Positions 50,501 to 58,103 of a stretch of DNA of 64,000 nt are shown in pieces. This stretch comes from Thermodesulfobacteriota bacterium (lineage in GTDB: Bacteria > Desulfobacterota_D > UBA1144 > Nemesobacterales > Nemesobacteraceae): the NCBI GenBank assembly GCA_965202785.1, contig OZ241855.1, positions 1,152,001-1,216,000 of the forward strand, read 5' to 3'. Position 1 is the first letter of the stretch, and each line of letters starts with the position of its first letter. The notes under the pieces were generated by a model, which saw only the letters and a list, made by a program, of their open reading frames with translations, was not told the DNA's origin and did no database searches. The position numbers and the translations under genes were made by a program.

Positions 50501-53500
50501 GTTCGCCATACGTCCAGCCGGCGATTTCAAGTACAGGTCGCCGGCGGTTGGCTCTCCGCTGCCGAACAGCAGCGTCAGCGGGTCCGCTCGACCAACGAGC
50601 GCATCAGCGAAAGCGGCAGCGCACCGCCTGAATAGTCCAATTTCGTTCGTACCGTGCCAGTATCGCGCACTCATCTGGTCTGCAAACTCATCGGGATTGT
50701 GCGGCATATGATCCGGCAGCGGGTCGTCCTGCCCAACCTTCACGACAAATCCATCGCCCGCTTCTTCCACCACCTTCGCTTTGACGAGCAGTTCAAACAT
50801 ACGGCGGAACATACGCTGGTGTTTTGGCGGGACATCCAGTCTTTCCCGCACGGCTTCCGGCTCGACGAATTCACCGACCTTGCGTTCCCACCCCAGTTGC
50901 TCCAGTGCCATGAGCGCATAGAGCCACGACAACCGCTCAAGGTCATTCAGCAACTCAACGCGCTCGTCGGCTTCTACGCTTTCACCTGCCAGATACTCGG
51001 TGAACGGTATCGAGCGGTCAGCAACGCCTGTCGGACTCGTAAGGAAATCGGCCGATAGCATCCCATCCGCAAGGGCGCGGTCGCGCCAGACGATTTCGTA
51101 TAGGAGGTCGTGCAGCTCTTCGGTCTCCGAGAGCAACGCCGCGCGAGTGGCGCGCTTCACAATGTATCCGCTCAATCCGCCGAGCTCGATGCCGTCCGGC
51201 GTGTAGAACAGGAGGTCGCCGCTCAGCACTTCCGATGTCTCGCTTTGCTCCTCGTCCCGCTCTTTGTCGCGGACGTTCTCGCGCAGACGGGCGTGACAGA
51301 TGAGGCGTTCCGGAAGCATCTCCCTCAGCCAAAAGCGCTCCCATCCGAAAGGCAGGTAGGTTATCTCGTCTTCGCCTCTGGCGGAATGCCACGCCGCCGA
51401 AAAGACTTGGAAACAACCGTCGAGCAGAATCGGATGCAGGTCGATGTCGCTGCTCGAAACGGCTTCCGGCAGGGCCACCTCGCCAACCGCCTCGCCATTC
51501 GCCGCACACAGGTCCTGAAGCGTGCGGAACGATGGTCCGAGGTGGATGCCGGCTTCTGCCCGCGTGCGATAGAACGCCGCCACATCCTGCGACTCCATAC
51601 CCGACTTCAATCCGTCCAAATCGACGCGGTTGACAGTCCCGCGCGTTCCGCCTCCAAGCGAAACCCCGCCCTCGGCATGAAGCGTCCAGCCATCTTCGGA
51701 CTCGCCCTTGCTGAATATCTCTATATGCCGTGTGTTCCCGTTCTCGGATGTGCTCAGCACGGCCTGGATTTTTCGCCCGGCTTGCGTGGTGTCGTCAGCG
51801 CTATCGTCCTCCGCAAAGACCAGTGCGCTGTGCAGTTGCATGTCCTCCACATCCACCGATTGCGCCCCTTCGGATAGGGCCGCCGTCGCTGCCATAACGC
51901 CATACAACGCGCCCGGCATTACTGCCCGCCCGAAGACGCGATGGTCGTTCAGCCAAGACGGGTCGGAAGGAAACATCTCCGTCTCGAGCATCACATCACC
52001 GCGTGGCGACTCGTGTCTTGTACCCAGCAGAGGATGCCCAGCGGCTGCGCGCCTACGTCTTGGTGCGTCAACCCAGTGCCGTGCACGCTGGAAGGGATAG
52101 CCCGGCAGCTCAATCCTGCGCCGCTCCTCCCCCGCGAACAGTCCGTCGAATGCAAGCGTCAGCCCCGCCTCGTATGCTCCCGCAACGGCGTCCATGAAGC
52201 CATTGTCATGGTCTTGCGGAAGGACATCGTCCTTTGATGGACGCAGCATACTCTCAAGGACGATGGGGTCTTTTGCCTCATCCGTCACGTCAGACCAGAC
52301 AAGAGACACCAATGGGCCGAGCACGGCGTGTGGACCCACCTCTATAACCAGGTCAGTGCCCAGTTCCGCCAGAGTTCCGACGCCTCTGCGAAACTGCACG
52401 GGCTCTCGCGCGTGACGGCGCCAGTGTTTGCCGTCAAGAATCTCGTCCGGCGCCACAACACTGCCCGTTACATTGCTCACCAGAGCCACGGACGGCGGCG
52501 AGGCTGCAACATCCTCCTGATATACTTCTTCTAATGCATCCAGTGCGGGTTCCACCAGAGCGCTGTGGAACGCCTGATTTCTGCTCAACGGCCTTACGGT
52601 AATCTCTTCGGCCTCGAAACGCTCCGATACCGCCTGAACTGCTGCTACGGGGCCGCTAATGACCTGATGAATGCCGTTGTCAACGGCGATGCTCAAGCCC
52701 GGGCTGTCGGATGACGCATTGTACTCATCAACCGCCGCCGCCACTTGATCCTCTGGAGCGAACACCGCCGCCATTGTGCCCAACTCAGGAACTGACGAAA
52801 GCAGGACGCCGCGTTTTGCAACGAATCTCAGACCCTCTTCCAACCCGAACACGCCGGCAGCCTGCGCCGCCGCGAATTCACCGAGGCTGTGTCCGATTAC
52901 CACGCTCGGTTCAACTCCGATACTGCGCCACAATGCGGTCAGAGCACACCCCAAGGCATAGACGGCGGGCTGCGCCCAAGCTGCATCATTCAAATCGCCC
53001 GTTGCTTCGCCGCGCCCGAACATCACATCCAGCAGCGAAGTGCCTCGCTCCTCCAATATAAGCCGCTCACACCTGTCGAGAACGGCACGCACTACTGGCT
53101 CCTGCTCGTACAGGGACTTGCCCATGCCTACCCACTGGCCGCCCTGTCCCGTGTACACGAAAGCCACTTTCGTGGTTGCTGCCGCCTCCGCACCCCGGTC
53201 ACCCTCCGCAACCACCTTCAGCCCGGCGCGCAGCGACTCAGCGTCCCTGAAAGCGACGCCCGCGCGGTGAGCGAATTGGCTGCGCCCGACGCCTGCCGTC
53301 CACGCCATGTCCGGTAGGAAAGGGGAGGCGGCCGAGTCCGTGGGTTCCAGGTCCACAGAGCGCTCGTCAAGCCACGCAAGGTAGTGTTCCGCCAGTTCCC
53401 GCAGGGCATTGTCCGTCTTGCCTGACAGAGGTAGCAGCCGCGTGGCACGCGTAGCGGGTGCTTCCGCCGCCCCCTCCGAGGCTGCCTTTGGCACAGAGAT

Positions 53501-54946
53501 GGCTACATGCTTCGGAGAACCCGCAGGCCACTTCATGTCGCGCAATTCGTTAGAGGCGCGCGATGGCGTGCCATAGCCCTCCACCACGATATGCGCGTTT
53601 GTGCCGGACCAGCCAAAACCGCTCACGCCAGCCAGCGGGGCTCGGTCGGATACGAGAGGCCACTCGGTTGTCGTCGAAGTAACACGCAAGGGGAGCTGCC
53701 GCCAATCGACTGCCGGTGTCGGATTGCGAAAATTCAAGTGCTTCGGGATTATGCCCCGGTTCATCGCCAGCAGTACCTTCATCATCCCGGCAACGCCTGC
53801 CGCAGGTTCCAGATGTCCAAAGTTCGTCTTCACTGAGCCAATGAGCAGCGGTCGTTTGGCCGGACGGTCTTTGCAGTATGCGGCCGTCACTGCCTCCAGT
53901 TCGATAGGGTCGCCCACCGGTGTTCCCGTGCCGTGCGCTTCTACATAGTCCACCTGTGACGGCAGTACGCCCGCCTTGAGCAATGCCGCTTTGATGACTT
54001 GTTCCTGTGCCTTCGCATTCGGCACGGTAAGCCCTGTGCTCGCACCGTCCTGATTCACCGCGGAGCCGCGGATGATGCCCCAGATTCGGTCGCCGTCCGC
54101 TTCCGCATCACTCAGCCGCTTAAGAACCAGTACCCCGCAGCCTTCGCCGCGCACATAACCATCGGCGTCGGCATCGAAAGTCTTGCAGCGCCCGTCCGGC
54201 GCCAGCATGCCGGCATTAGCCCGCAGTTCTAGAAGCCGTCCCGACAGGATGGCGTTGACCCCTCCCGCCAGTGCAAGGTCGGCCTCACCCCGCTGCAAGC
54301 CGGTTACCGCCTGATGCACAGCCACGAGTGATGAAGAGCAGGCAGTGTCCACTGCAATCGCCGGTCCTTGTAAGCCAAGCGCGAAGGAGACTCGTCCGAT
54401 GGCCGTGTTGTAGGAAGTGCCGCTGACCGTGTAGAGGCTTGAGGCCGGTTCAGCAGTGTCGCTGGCTTCCAGTATGACCCCCCGGTAGTCGTTATTGCTG
54501 ATGCCGGCATACACTCCGGTTCGGCTGTTCTTCAGCCCGTCAGGGTCTATTCCCGCGTCTTCGAGCGCCTGCCAGCTCGTTTCCAGCATCAGTCGCTGCT
54601 GCGGGTCAAGGTGCTGCGCCTCGACCGGCGAAATGCGGAAAAAAGGGGCGTCGAACCGGTCAACGTTGTCTATGAGACCGATGAAACGACATGCCTCTGC
54701 CTGAGGCGTGGCGTCCTGGAAAAGCTCGCCGACACGCCCAACGCCGGAACCCGGAACGCCCTCGCTGACCGCATTCTCACCTGCTTCCAGAAGACGCCAG
54801 AACGCCGAAACACCATTTGCGCCAGGGAATCGGCATGCCATGCCGACGATTGCTATCGGCTCTTCGGATTGTGAACCCGGGCGATTCCGAATATCCGGCT
54901 CAGCCGCCGCAGTTTGAGAATAATCAACAGACCGCTTTTTACTCAT
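44555..54946 (-). CDS. supA: Type I polyketide synthase KS-AT-DH-MT-ER-KR-ACP-KS-AT0 (SupA-like)
   Basis: KS1 DTACSSS/HGTGT/NFGH; AT1 GHSLG...QAFHS; DH HRVFGRAVMP; MT LEVGAGTG; ER LVHAGAGGVG; KR TGGLGGIG; ACP DLGMDSL; KS2 DMACASA; AT2 GYGTG. Neighbours match the sup gene set. Confidence 0.88.
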   Translation of the reverse strand: MSKKRSVDYSQTAAAEPDIRNRPGSQSEEPIAIVGMACRFPGANGVSAFWRLLEAGENAVSEGVPGSGVGRVGELFQDATPQAEACRFIGLIDNVDRFDAPFFRISPVEAQHLDPQQRLMLETSWQALEDAGIDPDGLKNSRTGVYAGISNNDYRGVILEASDTAEPASSLYTVSGTSYNTAIGRVSFALGLQGPAIAVDTACSSSLVAVHQAVTGLQRGEADLALAGGVNAILSGRLLELRANAGMLAPDGRCKTFDADADGYVRGEGCGVLVLKRLSDAEADGDRIWGIIRGSAVNQDGASTGLTVPNAKAQEQVIKAALLKAGVLPSQVDYVEAHGTGTPVGDPIELEAVTAAYCKDRPAKRPLLIGSVKTNFGHLEPAAGVAGMMKVLLAMNRGIIPKHLNFRNPTPAVDWRQLPLRVTSTTTEWPLVSDRAPLAGVSGFGWSGTNAHIVVEGYGTPSRASNELRDMKWPAGSPKHVAISVPKAASEGAAEAPATRATRLLPLSGKTDNALRELAEHYLAWLDERSVDLEPTDSAASPFLPDMAWTAGVGRSQFAHRAGVAFRDAESLRAGLKVVAEGDRGAEAAATTKVAFVYTGQGGQWVGMGKSLYEQEPVVRAVLDRCERLILEERGTSLLDVMFGRGEATGDLNDAAWAQPAVYALGCALTALWRSIGVEPSVVIGHSLGEFAAAQAAGVFGLEEGLRFVAKRGVLLSSVPELGTMAAVFAPEDQVAAAVDEYNASSDSPGLSIAVDNGIHQVISGPVAAVQAVSERFEAEEITVRPLSRNQAFHSALVEPALDALEEVYQEDVAASPPSVALVSNVTGSVVAPDEILDGKHWRRHAREPVQFRRGVGTLAELGTDLVIEVGPHAVLGPLVSLVWSDVTDEAKDPIVLESMLRPSKDDVLPQDHDNGFMDAVAGAYEAGLTLAFDGLFAGEERRRIELPGYPFQRARHWVDAPRRRRAAAGHPLLGTRHESPRGDVMLETEMFPSDPSWLNDHRVFGRAVMPGALYGVMAATAALSEGAQSVDVEDMQLHSALVFAEDDSADDTTQAGRKIQAVLSTSENGNTRHIEIFSKGESEDGWTLHAEGGVSLGGGTRGTVNRVDLDGLKSGMESQDVAAFYRTRAEAGIHLGPSFRTLQDLCAANGEAVGEVALPEAVSSSDIDLHPILLDGCFQVFSAAWHSARGEDEITYLPFGWERFWLREMLPERLICHARLRENVRDKERDEEQSETSEVLSGDLLFYTPDGIELGGLSGYIVKRATRAALLSETEELHDLLYEIVWRDRALADGMLSADFLTSPTGVADRSIPFTEYLAGESVEADERVELLNDLERLSWLYALMALEQLGWERKVGEFVEPEAVRERLDVPPKHQRMFRRMFELLVKAKVVEEAGDGFVVKVGQDDPLPDHMPHNPDEFADQMSARYWHGTNEIGLFRRCAAAFADALVGRADPLTLLFGSGEPTAGDLYLKSPAGRMANQMLGDAVAALLDTLPKDRRLRVLEVGAGTGAGTAAVMPELPAGRYNYTYTDISAGFFSEAEKRFGGSDESIEYRALDIEKDPIEQGFDLHGYDLVIASNVLHGTRYLNETLTHCRMLLAPSGQLVALENLCGLDWQDMTFGQLDGWWRFADDYRTHHAMIGPAVWRQALGDAGFGEVEVLGGSKSDTTSTPEKGVILAQGPAEVKETAGIWVLAGDQCGVADELAAELAARNQTVVLVSDRAQSDGESSEKDRAVIKATVEMQNRESWHSLLEGLPAEVPLSGIVHLAALDGRGADATTEELGEDIRQVGASALALVQGMGDADAAPAKGMWFITRGGQVLEREHLGQLTGALLWGFGKVAALEAPHLQPKMIDLDPANTVPLSDLVNELMYPDSETHIAYRLGFRRAARLVRAGADTEQLTLPEGSRWFLEPDAGGALEELQVLDSPERSLEPREVRVAVEASGLNFWDVFRSLGLIDEGVLGGETCGHVLEVGSDVTSVSIGDRVVALAFGTFGSEAVMREEMVALAPPGVPTSQLATIPTVFVCAALSYDLAKLKAGERVLVHAGAGGVGSAAIQLAHAAGAEVFATASVSKQEYVRSLGVKHVFDSRQTRFGQEILEATGDEGVHVVLNSLTGEGFIEASLSCLAHGGRFIELAGVNIYTEEEMAAARPDVDYHIFEQDTLKEQNPEQPGAALKTVMKRFEAGELTPLVHSRWSMAEAISAMQFMRAARHIGKIVLTNSPLETGRLRGDRTYLVTGGLGGIGCALASWLADRGAGAIVLNGRRDPDPEAIETIDTLRGRGATVQVEIADVTDTAAVDAMLERINATLPPLAGVIHSVGVLSDAVLANQSWDSFQQVLWPKMLGAWHLHRATMHRDLDMFVLFSSVAGVLGNAGQANHAAANAFLDQLAAHRRAFGLPGQTIAWGAWSGLGEAEEQRERIESQLEATGTGWITPQQGLRALETLMRQDAPAGMVASVDWPTFATAHDDLPPFLEELSSADDMDETSESSEDVLSQLRVSSQTESESILVSFLQKELQAVMRLPSPPSNSIGFFDLGMDSLMAVELRNRLNRAFAGEYVVSNTAVFDYPDITTLAHYLAGELGQLGGDSGTAPTPETAAPPPRPSVATEDDDIAIVGMACRFPGAKNLSEYWHLMESGTDAVTDGRQAGDSQGNAAEDPDSENTAHLRGAFVEGIEWFDSRFFHIAPIEARMMDPQQRMMLETSWEAVEDAGIAPDSLRGSRTGVYAGVTASEYRHLIEASGKAGSQLGTAASITVGRVASALGLEGPAMAIDMACASALAAVHQAVAALQRGEVDLALAGGAHAALSRNISKFMLDVGMLSPSGQSRPFDASADGHVRGEGCGILLLKRLSEAEVDGDRIWGVIKGSAINQNWTSTGLTVPNGPAQERVMEAALVQAGLAGTDVDYLEAHAAGSQLGDAIEVHAVGSVYGRGRDADRPLLIGTVKSNIGHLETAAGVAGLIKAVLAMKQGVIPKHLHFKEPNPQIDWDRLPVQVTSEKTVWPAHSDKPPRAAVSAFSMSGTNAHMVVEGYGIATEGDSASAGVQSFRGAARQVPVSLPEPIADLPLAMDGLTERTMRLLPLSGKSEGALRNMIGQYLSWLDKHIAESSPEAPALADIAWTASVGRSHFDHRAAVVFGDTQSLRAGLTKLAETDATPDKPAPQPVTRVAFVYTGEGNQWVGMGEALYNSEPVVRAVLDYCDTVVRTERGASLLDVMFERAETTGDLNDAAWAQPALYALECALTALWASVGIQPNVTLGYGTGEVAAARAAGVFTLEDGLRFALTRGTLMAALPGVDPDQSLKGLEAAFAESAVSPPSLTLVSGVTGLVMDSDNPLDGAYWRTQACETATFDAGISTLADLGVGAVVEIGPGAVLGPQVSLQWPDSSDGEETTASPLVLASLMRPSDEEEDESSTGFVEAVAEAYEAGLAPSFEGMFAGESRRRISLPSYPFQRRRHWV

Positions 54947-55177
54947 AGTGTGCTTCTCCCGTCGTGGCCTGTCGCCAGCAGGCGCATGGTTTTCAAGAGT
55001 TTGTGTAAATACTGATTTTCGGCATAAAAATCCTGAAAAAATGATATCATAGCCTACCCTTAAAGGGAAGAAACAGGGGGGCGGGAACAGACGTTCAATG
55101 GGAACGAAAAAACGGGGTTTTGGCGGTCGCGCTCGTTGGATGTGTTGACTGGGACAATGCCTAGGAATTTCAGCGCC

Positions 55178-55837
55178 TCAGGGGAAAGTCACTATCCCTG
55201 CTCCCTCCGGTTTTCTGAATGTGAAAAACGAATCGGGAATGCCCGAGTTAACTTCCGCCGTGCCCAGTTCTATAATCGTCGTGTTTCCGAAGAGGTCGCC
55301 GATTATGATTCGCCTCAGCGTATAGGTCTTTGGATCGACCGCTATCGTTACCTGTTTTGCCTGTTCCTGCTGTTTCTGTTTTAAGTCAAGGAGAATGTTG
55401 CCCTGTTCATCCTTGCTCCCAGCGCCTATGCGGACATCGAAAAGACGATCAAGATCCTCCAGTATGGAAATAACGGTGTAAGAGCCGAGGGAGCCTGCCC
55501 AGACGCTGTCAAATTCCGTTTCGGCAACCTGATTTTCCTGGCTGTCAAAATACCAGACCTTTTTTCCGTCAGAGACTATCGTATCTTTCCACGGTTCTTC
55601 GTACTGCCATTTCATCATCGCCGGTTTCTTGAACCATACCTTTCCCGAGGATGAGATTTTCTCCTCAAGATCTTTTATCCGGGTCACCTGCGTGAAAGGG
55701 GATTTAAGATCGTTTATGGGAGCGTATTTTTTCTGGATGTTGCTTACAACAGCGGCTGCGTCCTGGGACCTCGCGGGCTGCGCGGTAAAAAGAAGGGTGG
55801 TGGCAAAAAACGCTGCCGCAAGCGCGATTTTTTTCAA
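55178..55837 (-). CDS. lolA: Outer-membrane lipoprotein carrier protein LolA
   Basis: Signal peptide, FTQ, GKVWFKKPAMMKWQY, IVSDGKKVW; downstream of ftsK. Confidence 0.9.
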   Translation of the reverse strand: MKKIALAAAFFATTLLFTAQPARSQDAAAVVSNIQKKYAPINDLKSPFTQVTRIKDLEEKISSSGKVWFKKPAMMKWQYEEPWKDTIVSDGKKVWYFDSQENQVAETEFDSVWAGSLGSYTVISILEDLDRLFDVRIGAGSKDEQGNILLDLKQKQQEQAKQVTIAVDPKTYTLRRIIIGDLFGNTTIIELGTAEVNSGIPDSFFTFRKPEGAGIVTFP

Positions 55838-58044
55838 TCCGGGTTTCCTCTGTCCGCTTTGATCATGTTCACATAGACTTCTCTCGGTTTGCCGGCAGCT
55901 CCCTGAGGGCCTATAAGACCTTCTTTTTCCATTGTCTCAACGATCCTGGCCGCGCGGTTATATCCTATCTTGAGCCTTCTCTGTATCATGGAGATGGATG
56001 CCTGTCCCGTTTCGGCTATTATGCCGAGCGCGGTTTCGTAAAGCTCGTCTTTTTCGTCTTCGCTGACCCCCGCGCTCTCGTCGTCCGGGTCGTCTTTTGT
56101 TATCTCTTCTATGTAGACCGGGTCTGCCTGGGATCTCAGAAAATCCGTTACCCGTTTTCTCTCATCGTCGGATATAAGCGCGCCCTGCAGTCTTAAGAGG
56201 TTGCTCCCCCCGGATGCGAGAAAGAGCATGTCCCCCCTTCCGAGCAGGGTCTCTGCTCCCCCGGTGTCAAGAATGATTCTTGAATCCACTTTTGAAGATA
56301 CGAGAAAGGATATGCGCGCCGGGAAGTTGGCCTTTATGAGTCCCGCCACCACATCCGCCGAGGGGCGCTGTGTGGAAACTATTATATGAATTCCCGCTGC
56401 CCTGGCTTTCTGCGCGAGCCTTATTATCGAGTCCTTGACGTCGGTCGGGGAAACCATCATCAGGTCGGCAAGCTCATCTATGATAACGACTATGTAGGGA
56501 AGCCACCTGAGCTGTTTCTCCTCAATTTCAAGCGCCTCAAGCTTCCTGTTATAGCTGTCTATGTCCCTTACCCCCTCTTCAGAGAGCATCCTGTATCTGG
56601 AATCCATTTCCCCGACCAGCCACTTAAGGGCGGCCACGGCTTTTCTCGATTCGGTTACCACCGGGTGGAGCAGGTGGGGAATGTCTTCGTATATGGAGAG
56701 CTCGAGCATCTTCGGGTCTATCATTATCATCTTTAGCTCATAAGGGGTCGCCCTGTAGAGCAGGCTCGTGATCGCGGCGTTTAGTAGCACGCTTTTCCCC
56801 GAGCCGGTTGTTCCGGCGATCATAAGGTGCGGAGCGGTCTGAAGGTCCATGTAGCGCGGTTTTCCGGATATGTCTTTTCCGAGGGCAATGGTGAGCATCG
56901 ATTTTTTCTCGGTAAACGAGCTGCTCTCGAAAAGTTCCCGCAGTACCACTATCTCCCTGCTTTCGTTCGGCACCTCTATTCCGACCACGTCTTTTCCCGG
57001 TATGGGGGCTATGATTCTTATGCTCAGCGCCTTAAGACCCATTGCCAGATCGCCTTCAAGAGACGATATCTTGTTTATTTTTATCCCCGGGGCGGGCTTG
57101 TACTCGAACATTGTGATAACCGGGCCGGGACGTATCTCCATGACCTTTCCGGTTACTCCGAAGTCCGCAAGCTTTTCTTCGATCAAGGTGGCCTTCTGGT
57201 ACATGGCTTCCTTGTCTATTTCTACCGACGTGTCGATTTTCGGGTCAAGCAGATCAATTGAGGGCAAGGAGAAGTCAAGCCATTTGCTCTCGGATGCGGC
57301 AGGGGACGGCTCGTCTTTCTTGTCGGGGACGGGAGGAGTGAAGACTATCTGCGGTTCCGTGTCGGCTTTTCCATCGCGTACTTGCTTGTGTTCCGCGGCC
57401 GGGGTTTTTGGCGCGCTGGGGGTCGCCTTCGGTATGTCTTGCTTTTTTCTTCCTCGGGCGCTCCTTCGTGCGGCGGCGCGTCTTAGCGCACCGATCGGCG
57501 CAGAAATTCCTTTTAACGCACCTGAGAACAGCAGGCGGATGATTCTCACTACGGTGGCAATCTTGGTTTCCGTTGTTATTATCACGGAGAGGAATATGAC
57601 GATTATGACGACAATGTATGTTCCAAAGGTTCCCAGGATGTTCTGCGCGAATTCCCTGGAGATCGCAAGACCCAGCCATCCCCCGGCCGGCGAGTAGCCG
57701 AGAAGGGAACTTTTTCCGTAAACGAGCCCGAGCAGTGTGGTCGAGGAGAGAAGGAAAGTAATCGTGGAGAAAAGCTTCCAGTATATTTTCTGGGCGGGCT
57801 GCTTTCTCAGAATCACGTATGATGCATAGAACATCAGCACGGGAAATACAAAGGAAAGCGTGCCGAAGGAACTTCCAAGGGACTGCGACACGTAAAGGCC
57901 CGCGCCTCCCATTGCGCCTTTTACGTCGATTTCAAGCAGGTTGCTGAAGACCAGAAGACTCACAAAGGTGAATACGCCGAGGGCGAAGAAAAAAACCGCC
58001 ATCACATCTATGAATACGCCTTGAGTGTCCTTGCCTTTCTCCAT
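55834..58044 (-). CDS. ftsK: DNA translocase FtsK
   Basis: N-terminal TMs, AGTTGSGKS, IIDELADLM, QRRLKIGYNRAAR gamma domain. Confidence 0.97.
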   Translation of the reverse strand: MEKGKDTQGVFIDVMAVFFFALGVFTFVSLLVFSNLLEIDVKGAMGGAGLYVSQSLGSSFGTLSFVFPVLMFYASYVILRKQPAQKIYWKLFSTITFLLSSTTLLGLVYGKSSLLGYSPAGGWLGLAISREFAQNILGTFGTYIVVIIVIFLSVIITTETKIATVVRIIRLLFSGALKGISAPIGALRRAAARRSARGRKKQDIPKATPSAPKTPAAEHKQVRDGKADTEPQIVFTPPVPDKKDEPSPAASESKWLDFSLPSIDLLDPKIDTSVEIDKEAMYQKATLIEEKLADFGVTGKVMEIRPGPVITMFEYKPAPGIKINKISSLEGDLAMGLKALSIRIIAPIPGKDVVGIEVPNESREIVVLRELFESSSFTEKKSMLTIALGKDISGKPRYMDLQTAPHLMIAGTTGSGKSVLLNAAITSLLYRATPYELKMIMIDPKMLELSIYEDIPHLLHPVVTESRKAVAALKWLVGEMDSRYRMLSEEGVRDIDSYNRKLEALEIEEKQLRWLPYIVVIIDELADLMMVSPTDVKDSIIRLAQKARAAGIHIIVSTQRPSADVVAGLIKANFPARISFLVSSKVDSRIILDTGGAETLLGRGDMLFLASGGSNLLRLQGALISDDERKRVTDFLRSQADPVYIEEITKDDPDDESAGVSEDEKDELYETALGIIAETGQASISMIQRRLKIGYNRAARIVETMEKEGLIGPQGAAGKPREVYVNMIKADRGNPD

Positions 58045-58061
58045 TTCCTAGATTCTGAAAT

Positions 58062-58087
58062 AAAAACCCTTCGCGCTCGGGCGAAGG
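58062..58087 (-). terminator. Putative intrinsic terminator after nuoN
   Basis: Minus strand CCTTCGC-CCGAGC-GCGAAGG followed by GTTTTT. Confidence 0.55.
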
Positions 58088-58103
58088 AAAAACCCCCTGC
58101 CGT

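Larger units (their letters stand above)
40495..55200. mobile_element. Putative horizontally acquired sup-like PKS island
   Basis: Five-gene cluster that looks more GC-rich than its flanks, between convergent nuoD and lolA, with a short degenerate direct repeat at both edges and no integrase. Confidence 0.55.

Noticed and set aside
44564-54917. Numerous plus-strand and alternate-frame ORFs inside the PKS
   Set aside because: Expected shadow ORFs of a GC-rich gene; no motifs.
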